A stretch of DNA of 64,000 nt. Source: Synergistales bacterium (GTDB lineage: Bacteria > Synergistota > Synergistia > Synergistales > JAFGMB01). The stretch covers positions 2,377,536 through 2,441,535 of the forward strand of contig OY762654.1 of assembly GCA_963666205.1 (NCBI GenBank). The letters are read 5' to 3'. Both the position numbers and the translations under genes were made by a program. Positions 1-9,249 of the stretch are shown piece after piece. Positions within the stretch are counted from its first letter, which is position 1. The number at the start of each line of letters is the position of its first letter. The notes beneath the pieces were generated by a model. The model was not told where the DNA came from and ran no database searches. It worked only from the letters and a program-made list of their open reading frames with translations.

Positions 1-51
1 TTGATTCCCCATGCAGATCTCTCAATGAGACAGAATTGATTTTTATATAAG

Positions 52-60
52 TGGTATAAT
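52..60 (+). promoter_or_regulatory. Extended -10 promoter element (TGGTATAAT)
   Basis: Perfect TGnTATAAT about 220 nt upstream of the 280 start; no well-spaced -35. Confidence 0.45.
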
Positions 61-279
61 TTACTACAAAGAATCGGTATTTAGTCAGAGTTTTACCTAG
101 GGACTTGTGGTCTCTGTTTTTTATCCATGTTCTGTCCAATCTTAAAGATCGTTCCCGACTCTTTACTCATCCTCCAGGGACTGCAGGATTCCTGCTATTA
201 ACTGGAATTCCACTTGTATTGAGGATGACTTTTAAAGACCGCTCATGCAGCGGAAATTAAAGAAAAAGGGGTTGAGTGA

Positions 280-1422
280 ATGAATATTCTGGCCAGAGAA
301 GAATTAAGATCTCTTATGGATGCTCAGAAAGGTCCCTGTGCATCTGTGTACATTTCATTTCCCCCTTCGGGGGAACCTTCCCGCCAGGCTCGCATAAAAT
401 TAAAAAATGCAATTCGAGAGCTGGAGACTCTTCTGGAAAAAAGTGGTATTGAAAAGAAAGATGAGATATCCTTTATTGAACCTTTGCAGGGACTGTTAAT
501 GGATATCCCGTTCTGGAAGAGCCTTAATATGGCTCTCGCGATCTTTCTTTCCATGGATGATATGCGATTTTTCTGGCTCCCGGCAGGAGTGAAGGATCTT
601 GTAATCCTTTCGGAAAGATTCCATATAAAACCACTGATCCAGTTTTTCAGCGGAGAAGAACAGTATTATCTTCTTGCACTAAGTCAGAAGAAGGTAAGGT
701 TGTTCACTGGATCCAGGTATTTGCTTGATCCCATGGCAATACCTGACCTCCCGGGGGGATTGAAGGATGTTCTGAAATATGAAGAGAGAGAGAGAACACT
801 TCAGAGAACTCACGGATCTCCAGGCGGAAAGGGGGGGCTTTCTCCTGTACATGGGGCTGGATATGAACTCAACAAGGATGATATCCTCAAATATTTTAAA
901 ATAGTTGATAAATCCATTCTTGATATACTGGAAGGGAAAAAGGCACCCCTCCTTATAGCAGCAGTCGAACCGGAAATTTCTCTCTATAAAAGGATAACAG
1001 CTTATCCAGTAGTTGTGGAAGAAGGGATTTCAGGTAACCCTGATATTCTATCCGCCCATGAACTTCACCTCAGGTCTATGGAAATAATGGATCCTTATTT
1101 TAGAGAAAGAGAAGAAAAAGCTATAAGTGAATATAACGATAAGATTGCTTCCGGCCGGACTTCGGGAGACCTGAAAAAGCTTATCTCTATGGCACATGAA
1201 GGAAGAATCCAGTCTTTCTTTGTAGCAAGAGATTGCCGACAGTGGGGAAATTATAATCCTTCAAATGGCCAAATGGAGATCCACAATGAGAAAATGGTGG
1301 AAGATCAGGATCTGCTTGATCTTGCCGCATATCATACTATTCTGACTGGAGGGACAGTATATGTGATCGATCCCGAAAGGATTCCGGGAGGAGGGCTGGC
1401 CTCTGCCATTTTCAGGTACTAG
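280..1422 (+). CDS. Bacterial archaeo-eukaryotic release factor-like protein (baeRF3/baeRF7 type)
   Basis: N-terminal CASVY, RFHIKPL, YYLLALSQKKVRLF, ISGNPD and C-terminal GGTVY...SAIFRY typical of eRF1/pelota-fold baeRF proteins; no GGQ. Confidence 0.75.
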   Translation: MNILAREELRSLMDAQKGPCASVYISFPPSGEPSRQARIKLKNAIRELETLLEKSGIEKKDEISFIEPLQGLLMDIPFWKSLNMALAIFLSMDDMRFFWLPAGVKDLVILSERFHIKPLIQFFSGEEQYYLLALSQKKVRLFTGSRYLLDPMAIPDLPGGLKDVLKYEERERTLQRTHGSPGGKGGLSPVHGAGYELNKDDILKYFKIVDKSILDILEGKKAPLLIAAVEPEISLYKRITAYPVVVEEGISGNPDILSAHELHLRSMEIMDPYFREREEKAISEYNDKIASGRTSGDLKKLISMAHEGRIQSFFVARDCRQWGNYNPSNGQMEIHNEKMVEDQDLLDLAAYHTILTGGTVYVIDPERIPGGGLASAIFRY

Positions 1423-1486
1423 ATATTTTGTCCCGCGCTAATGGAGGGAGAGGGGTGTTTGGGAAGTTATGCCAGAAGGTCTGTAA

Positions 1487-2425
1487 TTATACCTTCCAGC
1501 ATCCTACCATCCTTCCCTTCTCCTCCTTAATGGGCGGGAAGGATAGACACTGGTCATCAGAGAGGGGGCACCTGCTTCTAAAGGGGCAGCCCCTTTCTTC
1601 TGTCTGAATGGTTCTGTCCTTCGCTAGTAATTTTAATTTTTCTCCAAGTTTGGGAAGCGCGGAGTAAAGAGCTTTTGTGTAGGGGTGGACTGGATCTGCA
1701 AGGATTTTAGAGCTGTTTCCATACTCGCACACCATTCCCCCATATAGCACCATGGTCCTCCCTGCTGCAGCTCTTGCCAGAAGAAGGTCATGGGTTACAA
1801 AGATAAGGGACATGCCAGTTGCAACCCTTCTATTCAGGATTTCAATTATTTCTCCCCTTGTAGAAGCATCCTGCATGCTTGTTGGCTCGTCTGCCAGAAG
1901 AAGGGTTGGGTGCAGTATCAGGGCTCTTGCGACGGATACTCTCTGTCTCTGGCCTCCTGAAAGCCCGGATCTGATACGGGCTTTCGATATTCTTCCCTCT
2001 CCAAGGCCAAGTTCTTTCAGAAGTTGCGAGGCTTTTTCTATGGCTTCTCCCTTTCTATTTTTCCCATTGACCAGAATGAATGGTTCAGTAACTGCATCCA
2101 GTACATCCATAGTTGGAGGAAGACAGCCATAAGGGTCCTGGGGTATGAATCCACAGCGTCTTCTCAAGCTTACCAGGGTGGAGGTAGGGCATTGCCCCAG
2201 GTTTTCTCCAAGTAGATATATTTCCCCGGAGTCAAGGGGAAGAAGCCCCAGTACTGCCCTTAGAAGAGTAGTCTTTCCACTGCCGGATTCTCCAACTATA
2301 GCAAGGCTTTTCCCGTATCCTAAATTAAAGGATACCTGCCTGAGGGCCTGTACGAATGTTCCACCTCGGGATGAAAATGAAAGATCTGCCCTTTCTACCT
2401 TCAGCAATGTTTCAATGGAATTCAA
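1487..2425 (-). CDS. Peptide ABC transporter ATP-binding protein (OppF/DppF-like)
   Basis: GESGSGKT, LSGGQRQR, LLADEPT, HPYT and C-terminal Cys motif GCPFRSRCP...CW. Confidence 0.93.
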   Translation of the reverse strand: MNSIETLLKVERADLSFSSRGGTFVQALRQVSFNLGYGKSLAIVGESGSGKTTLLRAVLGLLPLDSGEIYLLGENLGQCPTSTLVSLRRRCGFIPQDPYGCLPPTMDVLDAVTEPFILVNGKNRKGEAIEKASQLLKELGLGEGRISKARIRSGLSGGQRQRVSVARALILHPTLLLADEPTSMQDASTRGEIIEILNRRVATGMSLIFVTHDLLLARAAAGRTMVLYGGMVCEYGNSSKILADPVHPYTKALYSALPKLGEKLKLLAKDRTIQTEERGCPFRSRCPLSDDQCLSFPPIKEEKGRMVGCWKV

Positions 2426-3207
2426 TCTGGATTTCCTCCTTCAAGGACTTTAAGGGCTGAGATAAGCTCCCTGGTATGAACATGACGGGGATTTTCCAGA
2501 ATTTCTTCTGTGGAGCCCTGTTCTACTATCAGACCGCTCTTCATAACGGAGATATGATCTGCCACAGATGTTGCTAGTGGAAGATCATGGGTGACAAGGA
2601 GCATTCCCATTCCTGTATCTGTTACTATCTTTGAAAGTGTGGAGACTATTTCTCCCTGGGTTATAACGTCCAGAGCGGTTGTGGGTTCATCAGCAAGGAG
2701 AAAATCCGGATCGCAGGCAAGAGCCATTGCTATGGATGCTCTCTGCTTCTGACCCCCGGAAAGTTCATGTGGGTACCGTCCTGCCACAGAAGAGGGTAAC
2801 CCGGATTTATCCAGTAGCTCTGCAGTTTTCCTTTCTGCAGTAAGTCCTTTGATCCCATTGTGGAATGAAAGGATTTCCCTGATCTGCTGTCCAACCGAGA
2901 GAACTGGTGTAAGAGAGTTCATGGCACCCTGGGGTATAAGGGCAATTCGCTCCCAGCGTATCCTGTTCAACTGTGATTCGGAAATATGTAGGATGTCTTC
3001 CCCGTGAAAAATGATCTTTCCCCTTACCAGGGTTTCAGAAGGAAGAAGGGAAAGGATAGCCATCAGGAGTGTGCTTTTCCCGCTTCCTGATTCACCGACT
3101 AATGCGGCAATGGTTCCCTTTTCAATTGTGAGAGATGCATTGATAACGGCTTCTACATCAGAAAGGGTATTTCGATATGAAACATAGAGATGTGAGATCC
3201 TGATCAT
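2422..3207 (-). CDS. Peptide ABC transporter ATP-binding protein (OppD/DppD-like)
   Basis: GESGSGKS, YPHELSGGQKQR, DEPTTALD; 4-nt overlaps with neighbours. Confidence 0.93.
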   Translation of the reverse strand: MIRISHLYVSYRNTLSDVEAVINASLTIEKGTIAALVGESGSGKSTLLMAILSLLPSETLVRGKIIFHGEDILHISESQLNRIRWERIALIPQGAMNSLTPVLSVGQQIREILSFHNGIKGLTAERKTAELLDKSGLPSSVAGRYPHELSGGQKQRASIAMALACDPDFLLADEPTTALDVITQGEIVSTLSKIVTDTGMGMLLVTHDLPLATSVADHISVMKSGLIVEQGSTEEILENPRHVHTRELISALKVLEGGNPD

Positions 3208-4400
3208 TTATCATTGCCTCCCTTCAACCTCGGATCGACCATTTCTTCAAGAAACTTTCCGATATCGAGAAAGATAAGGCATAAAAAGGTTATTCCAAGA
3301 CCTGGAGGGAGCAGCAGCCACCATGCACCGGTAGTGAATGCTCCGAAGGAATGAGCTTCGTGAAGCATTCGACCCCACGATATCACCCTTGGATCTGAGA
3401 GTCCCAGGAAAGATATTCCTGCTTCAGCGAGAATCGCTCCGGGAACACCCAGGGCGATATTTGCCAACAGCAGCGGCAGTGTTTCGGGGAGAAGGTGTCT
3501 CGCAAGAATGTATGTAGTACCTGCACCGAGAGCCCTGAGGTTTTCAATAAAGCAGGCATCCCTCAGAGTAAGAGTCAGGGATCGTACGGTACGGGCCGTT
3601 CCCATCCAGGAAAAAAGGGAAAGAATAAGTACCAGCTGCCATAGGCCCTTTCCCCAGATACCTGCCAGTGCCATTAGAATGGGAAGGATAGGAATTGATA
3701 GAAGCACATCCACGCTCCTCATTATGACAGAGTCGGTCAGCCCGCCTGCATATCCGCTAAGCAGACCCATTGAAAGACCTATCATACTGGCAATCAGGGT
3801 GGCGCTTATTCCAACTATAAGGGAAACCCTTATTCCCATAACGAAGAGGTACAATACGTTCCTTCCCCTCTGATCAGTACCGAGGATACCCCATCGACCA
3901 CCTTCAAGGGTTGTGGTCAGTACAGCTGATGCAACAGGGACATCGCTTTCGATATATAAGGAGTATTCTCCCTCGGTCGGTATCAGTCTGTCCATTGCAT
4001 TATCAAAGGCCGAAAGACCAATGTTCAACTTGAAGGTAATGTCCCTTCCGTCAAGATCTATCAGGATATCATAATATCGGGAAAGATCTTCGAGAAGGAT
4101 CTCTTCACGTGGTGTTCTCCATATGAGTGCGGCCTTGACCGGTGTTCCTTCGAACCTGATCCTGCCCTTGAGTCGAAACTGCTTTGGCGGATCGCCTTTC
4201 CAGTTGAAGGTTTTTGTTGTTTCACCTTCTTTCATTTCAAGAATTCTTGTAAGAGGTGCATCCCGGTCGAGCCACTCAGGTTTTGAAAAAGGAGGCGCCA
4301 TAGGTTTTTCAGGTTCAGTTCCAAAAAAAAACGGTCCTGCAATCGCAGTAAGGATAGTGAGAAAGAGGGCAATAAAACTCCATCGTTTCCAGGATCTCAA
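3204..4400 (-). CDS. Peptide ABC transporter permease (OppC/DppC-like) with extracytoplasmic insertion
   Basis: LGTDQRGRNV, EAGISFLGL, SWGRML, WWLLLPPG, DPRL. Confidence 0.92.
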   Translation of the reverse strand: MRSWKRWSFIALFLTILTAIAGPFFFGTEPEKPMAPPFSKPEWLDRDAPLTRILEMKEGETTKTFNWKGDPPKQFRLKGRIRFEGTPVKAALIWRTPREEILLEDLSRYYDILIDLDGRDITFKLNIGLSAFDNAMDRLIPTEGEYSLYIESDVPVASAVLTTTLEGGRWGILGTDQRGRNVLYLFVMGIRVSLIVGISATLIASMIGLSMGLLSGYAGGLTDSVIMRSVDVLLSIPILPILMALAGIWGKGLWQLVLILSLFSWMGTARTVRSLTLTLRDACFIENLRALGAGTTYILARHLLPETLPLLLANIALGVPGAILAEAGISFLGLSDPRVISWGRMLHEAHSFGAFTTGAWWLLLPPGLGITFLCLIFLDIGKFLEEMVDPRLKGGNDK

Positions 4401-5374
4401 CGTCTGCCCCTCCTTTCAAACCTTACCCTTGGGTCTACAAGACCGTAGGCTAAATCAGCGATAAGATTGCTCGTTATTGTAAGCAGGGCCAGCAGATAGA
4501 ATGCTGCTCCTGCGGCAGGGTAGTCATGACCGGTCACAGATTCCAGCAGAAATCGACCTACTCCATGAAGTGAGAAGACAGTTTCAGTGATAACTGCCCC
4601 CGAAACGATACCTGGAAGGGCAAGTAAAAAAATTGTTATTACAGGAGGCAGTATGGTTCTGAAAGCATGTCCCCAGATTATCTTGTGTGAAGGCAAGCCC
4701 TTGGCTTTTGCCATAAGAATAAAATCTTCCCCCAATACTTTAACCATAAGATTCCTTACATATAGAGCCCATCCGCCAAAGCCAAGAAGGACCAGTGAGA
4801 TGACGGGCAGGCACATGTGCCATATGTAATCCACTGCGGCAGCCATGGCTCCTGCAGGGGGAGGTATGGAAATACTCCCCCGTAAAGGGAAAATAGGGAA
4901 CAGATAACCAAAGCACATCAGAAGTATCAATTGAACAAAAAAAGAGGGGAAGGAAAAGGAAACAGCTCCTCCCCATAATACTATTTTTTCGATAGCCGAA
5001 TCCCTGTGCAGGGCAGCCTTTATTCCAAGAAGGGTGCCGATAATGGCTGAAAGGATGAGAGCGGAGCCTAGAAGGGCTACTGTATTGGGTATTCTGGAAG
5101 AAAGTTCTTCCCATATAGGCCTCTGAGTTGAAAAGGAGATCCCGAATCTGAAGGTGACCATCTGTTTAGCATATAGAATGAACTGGCGGGACAGGGAGAG
5201 ATCAAGTCCGTAGATCTTTCTGAGCTGTTCCTTTGCTTCGGGAGAAAAACGTGGATCAATAATGCTTGAAACAGGGTCTCCCGGCATCATCCTGAAGAGA
5301 AGGAAGTTGAGTATAAGGACTACCCCCAGAACAAGAAATGCGCTTGCTATCCGTTTTATCCAGTAATTTTTCAT
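4397..5374 (-). CDS. Peptide ABC transporter permease (OppB/DppB-like)
   Basis: MPGDP, AKAKGL, GAVITETVFS.GVG, ADLAYGLVDPR. Confidence 0.94.
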   Translation of the reverse strand: MKNYWIKRIASAFLVLGVVLILNFLLFRMMPGDPVSSIIDPRFSPEAKEQLRKIYGLDLSLSRQFILYAKQMVTFRFGISFSTQRPIWEELSSRIPNTVALLGSALILSAIIGTLLGIKAALHRDSAIEKIVLWGGAVSFSFPSFFVQLILLMCFGYLFPIFPLRGSISIPPPAGAMAAAVDYIWHMCLPVISLVLLGFGGWALYVRNLMVKVLGEDFILMAKAKGLPSHKIIWGHAFRTILPPVITIFLLALPGIVSGAVITETVFSLHGVGRFLLESVTGHDYPAAGAAFYLLALLTITSNLIADLAYGLVDPRVRFERRGRR

Positions 5375-5426
5375 TATTTAAGGTGTCCTTTTTCAGATAA
5401 GATCAGTATTTAGTGAAATGTTTTTC

Positions 5427-7106
5427 TCATTGTTCAAGAAGCCAGAACTTTTCATTTCTTGTGAACCTCACATATTCTCCGATCCTGTATTCCCTGAAAA
5501 TGAAGGGTCCGGTTCCGACCAGCTGGGTCATAGTTTTATCGACCGGATTCTCAAGTTTCGAAGGCTGCCAGTTCTGCCAGTCCTTCACATTACGGATTAT
5601 ATGTTCAGGTAAGATTGGAAGTCCTCCAATGTTGTGAAGATACCAGTAACTTACTCCCTTCATGGTTATTTCAATAGTGTAGTTATCGGGGGTGGCAATT
5701 TCCAGTACATCTCTGACATTATCAAGGTAACGGGGGATCATGTTATCTTTGAGGAAGAGGATCGTCGCCTTCACATCTTCCGATGTGAAGGGTTTGCCAT
5801 CCTGCCAGACCACATCTTTTCTCAAACGGAAATACAGTCTGGTTTTTTCCCCGTCACTCCTGGTGACAGTTTCGATCTTCCATTCCTCTGCAAGCCAGGG
5901 TATATCTTCGAGAGTGAAGGGATCTACGGCAAGAAGTCCATCATAAATTGTACCCATGACCTGCCAGTCATAGGCAGAACCTGCCGAGAATGGATTAAGA
6001 GATCTTGGTTCATCTGACAGACACCAGTGAAGGGGAACCATCTCTCCTGCAACTGGCTCCATAGATAGAAGAGACCATGTGTTATCTGCAGTGCTTACTC
6101 TGCTTTTTATGAGATTCTTCCATTTTCGGTTTACAGAAGCAATGGAATAACGGGAATAGATAGGAATTGCCGGAAGCTTTTCATCCAGAAGTTTCTGGCT
6201 CAGGGAAGAAGCTTCCCGGGCAGTTATTTCATCGGGAGCCCAGCGAAGTCTTTCCAGTGCCTTGTCCAGCTCTGGATCGTTGATACCTGGAATATTATAT
6301 CCGCCTTTAATATTCATGGAACTGTGATAGAAGGCAAAAAGGGAATCAGGGTCTCTTGTCATTGACCATGCAAGAACGTAGGTGTCAAAATCATGTTCAT
6401 TAAGGCGGGATATCATGGTGGCAAAATCCATGGGATCAAGTTCGAGAGGAATACCTATATCATTGAGCGATTCTACTGATCTGGAAGCCAGTTCTGCGGT
6501 TGTAGGTGCGACCTGGGCGGTAGGTGATAATAGTTTCATCTTTTCAAGTGGTTTTTCTGATCCGGGCGGAATGAGAATTCCCTCATCGTCCCATTTCCAG
6601 CCGGCATTTTTAAGGATATCTCTGGCTTTTTCCGGATCGAATCCGGAAAAAGGAATGTCTTTTTCAATATAGGGTGAAGCAGGAGGAAGAAAGGTGGAGA
6701 GGGGGGCTGCATATCCGGAGAAGAGGTCCCTTACTATCTTTTCTCTTGGTATGGCAAGCCATGCAGCCTTGCGAAGTTCCTCAATGTCCCAGGGTGATCT
6801 TCGAAGGTTAAAGCCCAGGAAAAATCCGTGAAAGGCCTGGGCAAGAGAGAGGTCTAGATCAGGGTTTCTGGATAACCTGTCAACATCAACCGGCCTGATG
6901 ATATCACCGAGAATATCTATATCTCCCTTTTCTGCGGCGAGAACCTGTGCATCGGGGTCTCTTATAATGACCATGTAGAGTTCCCGAACCTTTGGTCCGG
7001 TTATTTTTCGGGGAGACAAGACGTCCTCTCCTGTACAGTAACTTCCTGGAAAGAAGAATAACAGAAGCGCCATGAGGATTATGTATTTTCCCAAGAACTG
7101 TTTCAT
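5427..7106 (-). CDS. Family 5 solute-binding protein (OppA/DppA-like), apparently circularly permuted
   Basis: Signal peptide; all SBP_bac_5 motifs present but the two halves are in swapped order; heads the permease/ATPase operon. Confidence 0.88.
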   Translation of the reverse strand: MKQFLGKYIILMALLLFFFPGSYCTGEDVLSPRKITGPKVRELYMVIIRDPDAQVLAAEKGDIDILGDIIRPVDVDRLSRNPDLDLSLAQAFHGFFLGFNLRRSPWDIEELRKAAWLAIPREKIVRDLFSGYAAPLSTFLPPASPYIEKDIPFSGFDPEKARDILKNAGWKWDDEGILIPPGSEKPLEKMKLLSPTAQVAPTTAELASRSVESLNDIGIPLELDPMDFATMISRLNEHDFDTYVLAWSMTRDPDSLFAFYHSSMNIKGGYNIPGINDPELDKALERLRWAPDEITAREASSLSQKLLDEKLPAIPIYSRYSIASVNRKWKNLIKSRVSTADNTWSLLSMEPVAGEMVPLHWCLSDEPRSLNPFSAGSAYDWQVMGTIYDGLLAVDPFTLEDIPWLAEEWKIETVTRSDGEKTRLYFRLRKDVVWQDGKPFTSEDVKATILFLKDNMIPRYLDNVRDVLEIATPDNYTIEITMKGVSYWYLHNIGGLPILPEHIIRNVKDWQNWQPSKLENPVDKTMTQLVGTGPFIFREYRIGEYVRFTRNEKFWLLEQ

Positions 7107-7304
7107 TTTTACCCTCCCTGAAAATGCCGGCTTGTGCTAATGATACCTTACCTTGCCGGTCATTTGTATTTTTCTATGGACTATTTTGTTTTCTACATGC
7201 CATTATTACATATTTATTTCAGGGAAATAATGATATCAGGGTAGCCTGGTATATAATTACTATAATAAATAACCCTGAAATAACAAATTAAGGAGTTGGA
7301 AGGA

Positions 7305-7706
7305 ATGCCCTGGAAAGAGCTTGAGCATACAGCAGATATGGGACTTGAAATAACGGCACCAACTATGGAAGATCTGGTTATTGAATCTGCTGCTGCTCTT
7401 TACAGGGTCATGTTCCAGGGGGTATGTCCAGGAGCAATTCTTCAAGAACATGATATATTGATCCGCGGTAACGATCTTGTTGAGATCATGGTTTCATGGA
7501 TGAATGAACTTCTCTTTCTTTACGATACAAGGACAGGTATATTTATTATCCGGCAGGTTCATCTTGAACCTTTGGAAAAAGTGTTACATGTAAAAGGTGC
7601 ACTTTATGAAGCCCCATATCTTATTACGTATGTTAAGGCAGCTACCTACGGCAGCGTCCTGTTGTTAACCAGTCCCCCTTTTTTCAGGGTATATCTGGAT
7701 CTATGA
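7305..7706 (+). CDS. Archease
   Basis: EHTAD, WMNELLFL, VKAATY and terminal DL motifs; overlaps rtcB start; ATG 7305 chosen over TTG 7296. Confidence 0.9.
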   Translation: MPWKELEHTADMGLEITAPTMEDLVIESAAALYRVMFQGVCPGAILQEHDILIRGNDLVEIMVSWMNELLFLYDTRTGIFIIRQVHLEPLEKVLHVKGALYEAPYLITYVKAATYGSVLLLTSPPFFRVYLDL

Positions 7707-9151
7707 AGGTGATGGAAATGAAGGAATTCCTGAAAAGGATCGATGATGTCAGATGGGAGCTCTCCATGTCGGCCATGTCCGGTATGAAAGTTCCGGGTAT
7801 GATCTATGGAGATAACTATATCCTTGAAAACCTTGAAAACGAGAATGCTCTCCAGCAGATAGCCAATGTGGCCTGTCTGCCCGGAATAAGCGGATACAGT
7901 TTTGCCATGCCAGATGTCCACTGGGGATATGGATTCCCTATAGGAGGAGTGGCTGCCTTTGATCTTGAAGAAGGCATTATCTCACCTGGCGGGGTTGGAT
8001 ATGATATTTCCTGTGGAGTCAGGCTTATGACGTCTTCCATGGTAGAAAAGGAAGTTAGAGCACAACTCGAACTCCTGACTGCAGCACTCTTTGCGAATGT
8101 CCCCTGCGGAGTCGGTTCCAGGGGGAAAATAAGACTTTCAGAGAGGGATATGGACATGGTCCTTCAATGTGGAGCATCCTGGGCAGTCGGAAAAGGTCAC
8201 GGAACAGAAAATGATCTGCTGCATATCGAAGAAAATGGAGTACTGAGTGGAGCAAACCCGGACGCAGTTTCCCCTAAGGCAAGAGAAAGGGGTAAAGATC
8301 AGCTTGGGACCCTTGGTTCTGGAAATCACTTTCTGGAAGTTCAGGTGGTGGATAAAATATTTGACGGGGATACTGCCCGTTCTTTCGGATTATTTGAAGG
8401 ACAGATAGCTGTCATGATCCACTGCGGGAGCAGGGGGCTGGGACATCAGGTATGCGATGATCATATTCGCCTGATGAATTCAGCCATGAACAGGTATGGA
8501 ATATCTGTTCCAGACAGACAGCTCTGCTGTGTACCCATAAAATCTGAAGAAGGTAAAAGGTACCTGGAAGCGATGTGGTCTGCTGCCAATTTTGCTCTGG
8601 CCAACAGAGAAATAATCGGAAGTCTGGTCGGGGATGTTTTCAGGAGTTTTTTCCCTTCAGATGAGCTTCACCTTCTCTATGATGTGAGTCATAACATGGC
8701 CCATATTGAAGAGTTTCCTTACGGTGAAGGTCGAAAGTCCTTTTGTGTTCACAGAAAAGGTGCTACACGTGCTTTGCCGCCGGGACACTCACATTTATCA
8801 GGTTCCTTTCAGAAAACGGGTCAGCCTGTCATTATCCCGGGAAGTATGGGAACGGCGAGTTACATTCTCCTCGGTACCCTTAAGGCGGAAGAGCAGTGTT
8901 TCTCTTCCACATGTCATGGAGCAGGAAGGGTCATGAGTCGCCATGCAGCCAGAAAAAATGTTCGTGGTGAAGAGATCAGAAAAGAGATGAGCCAGAAGGG
9001 TATATACGTCATGGCGGATAGTTACAGAACTCTCTGTGAAGAGATACCCCAGGCATATAAGGATGTGCATTCCGTTGTTGATGTGGTTTCAAGGGCTGGG
9101 ATCAGCAGGAAGGTCGCCAGAATGAGGCCCATTGCAGTGATTAAAGGTTAA
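7703..9151 (+). CDS. rtcB: RNA 3'-phosphate/5'-OH ligase RtcB
   Basis: MPDVHWGYGFPIGGV, GYDISCG, GSGNHF, HRKGAT, PGSMG, HGAGR. Confidence 0.97.
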   Translation: MKVMEMKEFLKRIDDVRWELSMSAMSGMKVPGMIYGDNYILENLENENALQQIANVACLPGISGYSFAMPDVHWGYGFPIGGVAAFDLEEGIISPGGVGYDISCGVRLMTSSMVEKEVRAQLELLTAALFANVPCGVGSRGKIRLSERDMDMVLQCGASWAVGKGHGTENDLLHIEENGVLSGANPDAVSPKARERGKDQLGTLGSGNHFLEVQVVDKIFDGDTARSFGLFEGQIAVMIHCGSRGLGHQVCDDHIRLMNSAMNRYGISVPDRQLCCVPIKSEEGKRYLEAMWSAANFALANREIIGSLVGDVFRSFFPSDELHLLYDVSHNMAHIEEFPYGEGRKSFCVHRKGATRALPPGHSHLSGSFQKTGQPVIIPGSMGTASYILLGTLKAEEQCFSSTCHGAGRVMSRHAARKNVRGEEIRKEMSQKGIYVMADSYRTLCEEIPQAYKDVHSVVDVVSRAGISRKVARMRPIAVIKG

Positions 9152-9196
9152 GGGATCTTTTTGAAGTGTGATAAAGATCTTTTATTCCCATATTAA

Positions 9197-9229
9197 GGGT
9201 GCTGCCCCTTTCTTCACAGGACAGCACCC
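9197..9229 (-). terminator. Hairpin between convergent rtcB and acetyltransferase genes
   Basis: GGGTGCTG...CAGCACCC inverted repeat. Confidence 0.5.
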
Positions 9230-9249
9230 CGGTGCAGCCCGCTCCGGTG

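Noticed and set aside
160-230. SAM-I riboswitch resemblance (CTCATC, AGGGACTG, AATTCC, GATGA)
   Set aside because: Lacks the AGAG kink-turn and GCAACC core and is too short; the downstream gene is not a sulfur-metabolism gene.
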